This document shows, piece after piece, positions 53,751 through 64,000 of a DNA stretch of 64,000 nt; positions within the stretch are counted from its first letter, which is position 1, and each line of letters starts with the position of its first letter. The notes under the pieces were generated by a model. That model worked only from the letters and a program-made list of their open reading frames with translations, was not told the origin of the DNA and did not search any database. A program made the translations under genes and the position numbers. Source of the DNA: the human T2T-CHM13v2.0 reference genome, Homo sapiens; assembly GCF_009914755.1 (NCBI RefSeq), contig NC_060947.1; one strand, written 5' to 3'.

Positions 53751-56066
53751 TATATTAGTTCGTTCTCATGCTGCTATGAAAAAATACCTGAGACTGGGTA
53801 ATTTATATTAAAAAACAGGTTTAATTGACTCACAGTTCCACATGGCTGGGGAGGCCTCAGAAAACTTATAATCATGGCAGAAGGGGGAAGCAAACACATC
53901 CTTCTTCACAAGGCAGCAGGAGAGAGAAGTGCCAAGTAAAGGGGGAAAAACCCTTATAAGACCATCAGATCTCATGAGAACTCATTCACTATCACAAGAG
54001 CAGCATAGGGGTAACTGCTCCCATGATTCAATTACCTCCCACTGGGTCCCTCCCACCACAGGTGGGGATTATGAGAATTATAATTCAAGATGAGAGTTGG
54101 ATGGGGACACAGCCAAACCATATCATTCTGCCCCTGGCCCCTCCCAAATCTCATGTCCTCACATTTCAAAACATAATTATGCCTTTCCAACAGTCCCCCA
54201 ATGTCTTAGCCCATTCCAGCATTAACCCAAAAGTCCAAGTCCAAAATTTCATCTGAGACAAGGCAAGTCCCTTCCACCTATAAGCCTGTAAAATAAAAAA
54301 CAAGTTAATTATTTCCTAGATACAATGTCGGTACAGGCATTGGATGTATACACTCATTCTAAATGGGAGAAATTGGCCAAAACAAAGGGGCTATAGGCAC
54401 CATGCAAGTCTGAAATCCAATAGAGCAGTCATGAAACCTTAAAGTTCCAAAATGATCTCCTTTGATGCCATGTCTCATATCCAGGTCATGCCAATGCAAG
54501 ATGTGGGCTCACAAGACCTTGGGCAGCTCCACCCCTGTGGCTTTGCAAGGCACAGCCACCTCCCAGCTGTTTCCACAGGCTGGCATTGAGTGTCTGAGGC
54601 ATTTCCAGGTGCACAGTGCAAGCTGTCGGTGGAGCTACCATTCTGGGTTCTGGAGGATGGTGGCCTTCTTCTCACAGCTCCAACCCCACATTTCCCTTCC
54701 ACACTGCCGTAGCAGTGGTTCTCCATGAGGGCTCCGCCCATGCAGCAAACTTCTGCCTGGACATCCTGGCATTTCCATATGTCCTCTGAAATCTAGGTAG
54801 AAGTTCCCAAACCTCAGTTTTTGACTTCTGTGTACCCACAGGCTCAACACCACATGTAAACTGCCAAGGCTTGGGGCTTGCACCCTCTGAAGTAATGGCC
54901 TGAGCTATACCTTGACCCCTTTTAGCTATGGCTGGAGCTGAAGCAGCTGGGATGCAGGGCACCATGTCCGGAGTCTGCACAGAGCAGAGGGGCCTGGGGT
55001 CCTACCCAAAAAACCATTTTTCCATCCTAGGCCTTTGGACCTATCATGGAAGAAGCTACCATGAAGGTCTCTGACATGCCCTGGAGACAATTTCCCCATT
55101 GTTTTGGTGATTAACATTCAGCTCCTCATTACTTATGTAAATTTCTGCAGTGGGCTTGAATTTCTCTGCAGAAAATAGGTTTTGCTTTTCTATCACATTG
55201 TCAGGGTGCAAATGCTCTGCTTCCCTTTTAAACATAAATCCCAATTCCAAATTATGTGTTTGTGAATGCATGAAACTGAAAGCTTTTGAGAGCACCCAAG
55301 TCACCTCTTGAATTCCTTGCTGCTTAGAAATTTCTTCTGCCAGATACCCTAAATCATCTCTTTCAATGTCAAAGTTCCACAGATCTCTAGGACAGGGGCA
55401 AAATGCTGCCAGTTTCTTTGCTATAGCATAGCAAGAGTCGCCTTTATTCCAGTTCCCAACAAGTTCCTCATCTCCATCTGAGACTACCTCAGCCTGGACT
55501 TCATTGTCCGTATCACTATCAGCATTTTGGTCAAAGCCATTCAACAAGTCTCTAGGAAGTTCCAAACTTTCCTACATCTTCCTGTCTTCTTCTGAGCCCT
55601 CCAAACTGTTCCAACCTCTGCCTGTTGCCCAGTTCCAAAGTCGCTTCCACATTTCCAGGTATCTTTATAGCAGCACCCTACTATCTGTGGTACCAGTTTA
55701 CTGTATTAGTCCATTCTCATGTGGCTATGAAGAAATACCCAAGACTGGGTAATTTATAAAGAAAAGAGGTTTAATTGACTTACAATTCTGCATGGTTGGG
55801 GAGGCCTCAGGAAACTTACAATCATGGCAGAAGGGGAAGCAAACAATCCTTCTTCACAAGGCAGCAGGAGAGAGAAGTGCCAAGCAAAGGGGAAAAACCC
55901 CTTATAAGACCATCAGAGCTCATGAGAATTCACTATCACGAGAACAGCATGGGGGTAACTGCCCCCATGATTCAATCACCTCCCACCAGGTCCCTCCCAT
56001 GACACAGGATTATGATAACTACAATTCAAGATTAGATTTGGGTGGGAACACAGCCAAACTATATCA
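53751..56066 (-). mobile_element. Full-length THE1C-like MaLR provirus (3' LTR 53751-54125, internal 54126-55701, 5' LTR 55702-56066)
   Basis: Two direct LTRs t(g/a)tattagt...cagccaaac(c/t)atatca; antisense polypurine tract ttctgcccctggcccctcc; TSD gctcc/gctct; internal region is the reverse-complement homolog of 9090-10662. Confidence 0.95.
55056..55565 (-). pseudogene. MaLR internal ORF remnant (169 codons open)
   Basis: LELPRDLLNGFDQNADSD...AFCPCPRDLWNF...DDLGYLAEEISKQQ is typical THE1-int ORF sequence; no ATG, and ATG-TAG lies just upstream. Confidence 0.75.
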
Positions 56067-56249
56067 GCTCTCCTTCTTCGGGAGATTTCTCCTGTTTCCC
56101 AGCCCCATATACCTCCCTCCTTTGAACAACATTCACGGCTACCCATCCTCTTATCTCCACCTCTCATAGTTTGCTCAGACCCATGGACATTGTGCTGAGT
56201 GAGGTAGCTCTGCTATCGTTGAAAACTCAGTAAATTGGAAATTAGGATA

Positions 56250-56445
56250 CATGTGTTTGAGGACTTCTACTTCCAGTTTTCTGGCTGTGTGGTCTCTAAT
56301 CATTTAACTTCCTAGGACCTCAGGATTATTATTTGTAAATTGGAGGCAATAATTCCTGCCCCATAGGATTGTTGTAAAGCCTGAGATGACATGTGCAGAA
56401 ACCTTTCTAAACTTTAAAGCATTATACCAATGTGGGGCATCATAA
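56250..56445 (+). mobile_element. MIR SINE
   Basis: ggctgtgtggtc...catttaacttcctaggacctcag...atttgtaaattgg...cataggattgttgtaaag. Confidence 0.6.
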
Positions 56446-56556
56446 TGATTATCTATCTTATACTCTATTTATTTATATAGTTGCCTTATTAAATCTCTTT
56501 ATAGGTCTTTAAGCAATAATTTTATGCCATCCTCCCACAACTAATTGTTAACCCTC

Positions 56557-56636
56557 TGCATCAATTAGGCATGCATTCAGCTGCAAGTAACAAAATACTT
56601 GGTTATCTTTGGCTTAAATGGAAAAAGGGAGCCAGC

Positions 56637-56678
<42 letters not shown>

Positions 56679-56915
56679 GGAGGCGTAAGGGGGTGGGGAC
56701 AGAGATTTAATTGTCTCATAAAATGAAAATTTGAAGGCCAAAATTCTAAGTTGGTTCTATGACTTGACAATATCTTCCAGGGCCAAGCCTCTCTGGCCTC
56801 TACCCCACTGTTCTCAACATCTTGACTTTTGATTTTCATGCCTATTACCTCATGGTTGCAAGATGATAGATGTAGCTTAAGGCTTGATGACCTCATTTAG
56901 AGACAGGAAGCAGGG
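56557..56915 (-). mobile_element. Old MLT1 (J/K-like) LTR containing a (GA)n tract at 56640-56674
   Basis: ttaggcatgcattcagctgcaagtaacaaaa...tggcttaaa...cctcatggttgcaagatg. Confidence 0.55.
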
Positions 56916-57014
56916 AGGAGGGAGGGAAGTACTGGATGCTGGATGGGAGGTGGGTCCTCAGGTGGTCTTGAGAAGGAACTTCATTTCCACATGAAAAGAG
57001 TAGGCACCAATGTC

Positions 57015-57135
57015 TGCTACAGCCCTTGAGGACAGGAGTCAAGTCTTTATCTTGATTCCCTCTCCACAATGCCTAGTATATAGTAGATGGTGTATGGTAG
57101 ATGTTCAATAAATATTAATTGAATGAATTAATAAG
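57015..57135 (+). mobile_element. L2 3' tail
   Basis: cccttgaggacaggagtc...acaatgcctag...gtagatgttcaataaatattaattgaatgaat. Confidence 0.65.
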
Positions 57136-58599
57136 TAAAATAATAAATTTATGAATGAGACTTCAAAAACTTGGAATAACTGGTCTCAAGTCTGCCATTT
57201 TTGTACATACATCTTCCTTAAAGTTCACCCTCATAATAGTCTTCAAGGCTAGAGCAATTTATCCATCAAGCAGAAGTGCTGTTATTCAACGTGATTTGAT
57301 TAGTTTTTGTCTAGTCAGGGGGCCAAGGTGAAGGAACATTATGTCAGAAAGACAGCATAAAAGTGATTCGGGATCTGAGAGGTTTAAAATGAGTTTGAAA
57401 TATTAAAATATGTCTCAGACAAATATGAGGCTTTGTCGGTTATTTGAATGTTGCATAAGAATTCAAAATATTGTTACAGGGTATGTCACATTAAGAATTC
57501 ATAGTCTGAAAATTATACACTGGCAGAATCTTTTAAATGACCTCCTCCCCGTGCCTCTCCATACCTCATCAGACAAGAGGAGATTCAGTGGGAAAGCAGT
57601 AATTATAATCCTACATTGGCAGACTTTTGGTATGTGCCTGAGCAAAACGGGTGAGAGAGGGTGGGGTTAAAGAAAGAAAGGAAGTTAAGTGACCTAATAA
57701 GGCCCAGGGGAAGGCCCATATAGCAAACGTGGTTCTTAACCTTGAATAAAGGTCAGCTGCTAGGGGGCTGAGCTAATCATTGTGTATTTTATAGATATAC
57801 AGTTATCTGGTAAAAGTTTCTGATATTGGATTTGTTCCTGTAGAACCTAGTCTTCTTGATTACAGAATTACCAATGTAGATGGAATCTCAAAATATTATA
57901 CATCTCTTGGCCCTTAGGAAGATTCACTTGTGTATCTGCATTGCATCAGAAGGGGAAGGAAACGAGAACAGGACATGCACATTTATTTTAACCTATAAAG
58001 CTTACAAATGAGGAAGACAACACTAAGAAAAGTTGAATGATTTCTTAAGGGTCACTTATATTTACAGATTTGGGAATGGTACCAAGAAATCCTGGTGCCT
58101 TTCTGTTGTTCTTTCTTATGCCCCATATAGCATTTAAAATTTTTGAATATCCTTTAGGGCAATCAAATATGAGAGAAAAAAAAACTGAATTATATTGGTA
58201 GAATTTGAGACATTTTTATCCCACAAATCTATATTCAAAAGTTCCCCTTATGATGCTAGATGAATCCTCAGGAAACAATGCTTCCTATAATAATCCTCAT
58301 ATTTAGTAAGAATTATTGTCATCACTTAGCTTTTCTGGTCTCACCTTTTGTCATCCCTAAAATGGGATAATAATAACTTTTTTCTCTAACTTACAGGGTT
58401 ATTTCCAGGTATAAAGGAACAAAAACGTTTAGAAAACTCAAAACTTACAAATGTACAATAATGATTCATCTTTTTGTTGAATACTGATGAAAACAATAAT
58501 CTTTAAAACCAACTTCTCTGGCTTTCCAACCCCCAGTCCCTCTCCCAGACTATAGAATATTAACACATGCACACAAGGTGAAAAGTAACAAAGGAAGGG

Positions 58600-59700
58600 A
58601 CAATGAGGGAAGCAAGGAGAGCAGCTAGTAGGCCATCGCAATTATCCAGGAGAGAGACAATGGAGGCTTGGATGTAAGTGGTTGTGGTGGAGTTGGGAGG
58701 ATATATAAATAATGTGGATCTATTTTGGAGGTAGATCTGAATGATTTGATGATCGGTTTCAGGTGAGGTTTAGGAGGGAAAAAAAAAAAGTTAAAAGTGG
58801 CCCCTGGATTTTGGAGCTAAGCAACTAAAAGGATGAAATTGGCATTACCAGAGATGGAAAAGACTGTAGGCAGGAGTCTTCTCTATGGGAATTAGTTTTA
58901 GGCTATGTTAACTTCAAGGTGCCTGTTAGTCACTAGATGGAGATGTTGAGTGGGTGGTCTGGAGTTGAGGGATCTAGGCCAGGGATAGAAATGTGGGATT
59001 TGTCAGCATATAGATAACATTAAGCATCATAAAACTCAATGTTGTCACTTAGGAAGTAAGCATAGATACTCAAAGAGAAGAAATTCTAGCTCAACCCTGG
59101 GCCATCTCAACGATTCAAGGTTGGCAAGATGAGATACAGTGACAGATGAGTAATAAAAAAGACATTGAGAAGACGCAAACAGCAAGGAAAGAAGAAAACC
59201 AGGAGAGTGTGTTGTCACCTAAGACATGTGAAGAAAATGTTTCAAGGAAGAGGGAATGGTCAGCTGTGTCAATAAGGACTGAGCAATGGCTGTTGGATCC
59301 AGCTACGTGGAGTCCCTAGTTACAATGACAAGAACAGTTTTAATGTAGGGTGATTGTAAGGGTAAAAAGAAAACATGGATGGAATAGATTCAAGATACAG
59401 TAGGAGATAGCAAATGGAGAACTTTTGGGAGAAGATATGCTATAAAGGCAAGCAGAAAAATGGGATTTAGCTGACAGGAGATGTGGTGGGAATTAAGAAA
59501 TATTTTAAAGGTTGGATAAAGAGCATCATGTTTGAATGCACATGGGAATGGTCCAACAGTTTGATTAAAAAAAATACTGATATAGGAAAAAGAGACAGTA
59601 AGTGCTAGATTAAGGGCCTTGAGCAGGCAAGAGAGAGGAGAATCACAGGAGGGCCAGCTTTCAGAGCAGTGGAGTTCATTAAAAGGAACAGGAGGAAAGG
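58600..59700 (-). mobile_element. L2 internal fragment
   Basis: tatccaggagagagacaatggaggcttgga...tattttggaggtaga...gaagaaaaccaggagagtgtgttgtcac...gtttcaaggaagagggaatggtcagctgtgtcaa. Confidence 0.7.
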
Positions 59701-59741
59701 CAGAGTACTTTAGCCAGTGGGAGGTAAAACCCTTCTGGTTT

Positions 59742-59910
59742 CTAAAAATTTATTTTATTTTATTTTATTTTATTTTATTTTATTTTATTTTTTAGAGATG
59801 GGGTCTCACTATGTTACCCAGGCTGGTCTCGAACTCCTGGCCACAAGCAATTTTCCTACTTCAGCCTTCCAAAGTGTTGGGATTTCAGGCCTGAGCTACT
59901 GCACCCAGCG
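59742..59910 (-). mobile_element. FLAM_C-like Alu monomer with (ATTTT)n tail
   Basis: Antisense left monomer; perfect 15-bp TSD aaacccttctggttt at 59727-59741 and 59911-59925. Confidence 0.88.
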
Positions 59911-59965
59911 AAACCCTTCTGGTTTTTGTATGTTCTATATCTAGATAAGGGAACCAGGGCATTTC

Positions 59966-60128
59966 TTTTCTTTATTTTTTTCATATACGGTCTCACTCTG
60001 TTCCCCAGGCTGGAGTGCAGTAGCATGATCAGAGCTCAATGCAGCCTCAACCTCCTGGGCTCAAGTGATCCTCCCACCTCAGCCTCCCAAACTGTTGGGA
60101 TTACAGGCGTGAGCCACCACGCCTGACC
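59966..60128 (-). mobile_element. Alu monomer (FRAM-like or left/right recombinant)
   Basis: Single ~160 bp monomer; TSD gaaccagggcatttc / gaactagggtatttc. Confidence 0.85.
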
Positions 60129-60194
60129 GAACTAGGGTATTTCGTAAATAATACAAATAAATGAGTTTTCCCTTATTCCTCTCTTTCCCCACCT

Positions 60195-60972
60195 CCTACA
60201 TCTAACCCATCAACTGTTCCTATTCAAAACATATCCTGAGCCTGGCTACTTTTCACCACCTCCTTGTCATGTCCTCTCTGAGCTGCTGCCAGCTCTTGCC
60301 TGGATTCTTGCAACAGGCTCCTAAATCAGTAGTTTCCCTGCCCTCACACTCACTTCCCTCAAGAGTGGTCATTCAAAACATAAGTCAGATTTGGCCACTT
60401 CCATGCTAAAAATCCTCACATGGCTTCCCGTCTCATACCAGCCAGACAGCTGACACTGGCCTACTGTGCCCCATGTGATCTCACCCTTCTTGCCCCTGCA
60501 AATTCGCTCACTCTCACTTCATTTAACGCGTTACTCTTCAGTCACAGTGGCTGCCTTCGGATTCTTCAAACATACAATCATCGTTCCTGCCTCAAGGACT
60601 CCATCCTTGTTTTATCCTTGCCGTTCCGTCTGCATGGAATGCTCTTCCATATGAATTTTGTGTGGCAGCCTCCTTCTTGTTCTTCATATCTCAGTTTAAA
60701 TGTCACCTCCTTATAGAAGTCTTCCTGAACCACTGAATAACAAATAGCCACCTAGCCACTCCCTTTCCATCAGAAGAATTTTAATTCTCTGCACATTGCT
60801 ATCTGCTATTTTCTTGTTCACTACAATTTCTGATTTTGTTGTTTATCATCTACCTCCTCTTCATAAGTTCTATGAGAACAGAAACTTGCCTTGTTGCCTA
60901 GTCTATTTCCCAGTGCCTACAGTGGTGCCTGGTACATGGGAGACACTCCATAAATATTTGCTGATTGAATGG
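60195..60972 (+). mobile_element. L2 3' fragment
   Basis: ...tggcttcccgtctca...tcagtttaaatgtcacctcc...taagttctatgagaacagaaac...ccagtgcctacagtggtgcctggtacat...taaatatttgctgattgaatgga. Confidence 0.8.
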
Positions 60973-62721
60973 ATACCTTGCTGTTATTTATTTACTTCTG
61001 TTTTCAGGACTGAGACCAGATGGTCGAGATGCTTCAGTCCAGCTGAGAAATGCTTGGGGCTCTCTCTATTGTAACTTGCAGCGAAAGAACCCTCAGCTGC
61101 CAACCTATATGGAACATCTGGCCCAATAGCAGATTCCTAACACCAGCTTTAGATAAGGCCTTAAGAATGATGAAGCTCCTCACACTTCCCCCTGAGAATC
61201 CCCCGGGGCATAAAAAATGCTACAGCCTAGGGCTTTAGTAACTGCCCAGGCAACAAAGTGTTTGATTTTTAGGCAAAAGTGCCTACCTCTGATTAATCCA
61301 AGCGAATGTTGGGCCTCCTAAATAGTCATCTTACAGGCTGAAACTTTTCCTACCAGTACTGCCAAGGCTGCAGACAGCTGTGGAAATCCTTCTAGAGCTA
61401 ATATTCATGTGCCTCAACTCATATGTAGCCAACTGTAAACTGGTGCCAACTTCAAGTGCTCATTTTGTGTAAGGTAAAGATGTATTATTTCCATTTTACA
61501 GCTGAGGAAACTGAGTCTCAGAGAAGTTATAGGACTTGCTCTGGATCTGGTGACCCTGAGTCTTTTATTCATGAGTACTTTCAACAGTGTTTGAAAGTGT
61601 GTCTGGTTTTCAGAAATGACCAAATGTCACTTGAACCTAAGTAAAGCAAATTAAGTAGATTCTCAAGGTTGGATAATACAGTTTCCAACTAGTAAATCCC
61701 TACAAGATCCAGAAGGGGCCTTAGAGATCATCCAGGTTAATAAGAAAACTTCAGAAAACCACATATGTACTCAGGATCCCACTTTTTTGGCTTTTATTTG
61801 TTTTAGGCAGATCTAGTTCATGCTAGACAAACCTATCCTAACCTCTGCAGCACACACCTGGCACAGAGAGGGGACAGAGCTGAGAGACCAACTACTCCAA
61901 TCTCTGCCCTTCTGCCAAGATGGCTTAAAGATATAAACACTCTGTGTTAGCATGTTTCAAGGGAGCAGCTTTTTCCATTGTTGTATTAATGAGAAACAAA
62001 GGAGGAGGGGTGGAATCTCTTTGCTTTAGAAAACAATATCAATCCATTAGAAAACATACTAGATAATTACTATATGAGAGGTGTGTAAAGACCTGTAGAA
62101 GTCAGTCATTTCCCTTGGTAGCTATTATGCTGTGGAGAGATGGCATCTGCATCATTCATAACCGTAGCGCACAAATTGGCACAGGGAGAAGGCCAACAGC
62201 AAGCTGTTCCAGGTAGACCAGATGTCTCCAAGGGAGGCTGTCTCTCTAGAAGTAAACACAATGTCTATTTCCTGTCACTTTCACTGTTGAATAATTAGAT
62301 ATTTGGTATCTGGAATAATTATTGATAAATAGGGTAATCCTTTTAAAAAGAGCATCCCAACTGTTCTCTTCTCAGAAGGAAGCACTTTTTCAAAACACAT
62401 TCTCCAAAGGCACTGTTTTATCCCCTTTTCCCAATCACGAGCTGGTCTTGTGCTGCCAGATGTTGACTCAGAGATGAGGGAACGTGTCGGTGGCCACTCT
62501 TTTGGGGGAAAGGTAGAAAAGGTGAAGGGGGAAAATAACTGGAGAATGTAAGAAGGCCTTTGTTGCCATCATTAACAGTCAGTCCAAAGGAGGTTGAAGG
62601 ATGCTGGGGAAGTGGATGGGTGGGGAAAGAGACAGATGTAAGCCACGAAGTCATACACAGATCAGTACTCACTGGGGATGCTTGGCCAGCTTTGGTTTGG
62701 CTGTGAATCCAATGGGCATAT

Positions 62722-63425
62722 GATTTGTTCGTTCAACAAATATTTCTTAAGTTCTTTCTACATCTGGGGAAGTGGTCTAGGCATTTGAGATCCATCAGTG
62801 AAAAACAAAAGCAAAACAAAACAAAGATCCCAGCCCTTGTGGAGCTCCAGTGGGAGATTCAGACCAAAAAAAAAAAAAAGAAATCCTAAAGATAAAAATA
62901 AATTATATAGTGTGCTAGTGGGTGATAAATGCTATGGAAACAAGAAAAAAGAATAAAACAGTTAATAGGGACTCGGAGTCCAGGGTGTGAGAACCTTTTG
63001 CAATTTTAAATTGGCTTTCTAGAGGGGGCATTTTGGAAGTGGTATTGGTGCATACATTTGACAGGGTGGAGAAGCCGGCCATGCAGATATCCCAGGAAAG
63101 AGCATTCCAGGCTGAGGGAACAACCATTGCAAAGAGCCTAAGGTGGGAAGATTACCTGTAGAGTTTGAAGGATAGCAAGAAGTCCAGAATTGCTGGAGCC
63201 CAGTGAGTGTATGTGTGTGAGAGAGGAGGGGCTCGGGGTAGGGGATGAGGAGGGACAGAGAAAAACGGGAGAGGGAAGTGGGCAGTAATAGTTGAGGTAA
63301 GAAAGATCAAAGGATACGGGATCTAGGGTCCTGTTGGCCCTTGCAGGAGCGCAACTTTAGCTTGACGGACAATGGGGAGCTTTTACATATTTTAGATCAG
63401 ACAAGTAGCCTTATGTGATCTACGT
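62722..63425 (-). mobile_element. L2 3' fragment
   Basis: ttgttcgttcaacaaatattt tail...ggtgataaatgctatgga...agagcattccaggctgagggaacaacc...tgcaaagagccta. Confidence 0.75.
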
Positions 63426-63426
63426 T

Positions 63427-63429
<3 letters not shown>

Positions 63430-63469
<40 letters not shown>

Positions 63470-63476
63470 ACACACA
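63430..63476 (+). repeat. (CA)n microsatellite
   Basis: About 23 CA units seen directly. Confidence 0.95.
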
Positions 63477-64000
63477 AAACATCTTTTTGTCTGGTATGTT
63501 GAGAATAGATTATGGCATAAAAATAAAAGATTTCTAAATATATTGCCTTATATGAAAAGGTTGCGATGAGACTCCAATGCAAAAAAAAGCTTTAAAAATT
63601 ATAAAGCACAGTGCAGACCCAAACTATAATTATTTTACAAACAATAGAGTTCAAAAGCCAAGGTCCCTCTCGCCCCTTCCGATCCTTGAGTAGTAACTGC
63701 GTTCATGCAATTAAACTAGCCTGTTTAATAGAAGCTGCAGGAAAACTGATAACTATGTATTCAAAAACATGTAATTTTATGCCTGAGTTTTAAGTCATTT
63801 AGATTTTGCAGATTGCTATTTATTTTATGTTCAGTTTTTGAAATAAATGCTTAAAAAAAACGCTTTAGTACTAGGCTTGAATACTGAAGACTTTAAATAT
63901 AACAACAGACCAGGAGAGGAGCAGAAGTGTGGGAACTTTAAACCTATTTCTTTCTTAATCCCCTCGGAGAGCTAGACTGGAACACTGGCTGGATCTTCCA

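Overview
Primate genomic DNA, most likely human or another great ape (an L1PA2-type insertion and Alu elements are present). The window is AT-rich, CpG-poor and non-coding, either intergenic or deep intronic. I found no supportable host protein-coding exon, RNA gene, CpG island or prokaryotic feature; the longer ORFs that can be identified come from transposons, and the rest look like chance ORFs. Main elements: a full-length but inactivated ~6.15 kb L1 (L1PA5-like, 32962-39117, +); two complete THE1 MaLR proviruses in opposite, convergent orientation (THE1A-like 8736-11024 +; THE1C-like 53751-56066 -); several solo MaLR/ERVL LTRs, old Alus and Alu monomers, hAT MITEs (MER20, MER58, Charlie4a-like), L2/MIR/CR1 relics and microsatellites. 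Subfamily names come from recalled consensus features, not a database search. I see no new biological system. The most interesting observations are small-scale: a candidate L1 3' transduction (43446-43932), an unexplained ~35-bp degenerate minisatellite (27604-27877), a minisatellite grown inside a Charlie4a-like element, DUX4-type motifs in the THE1 LTRs and a candidate CTCF site.
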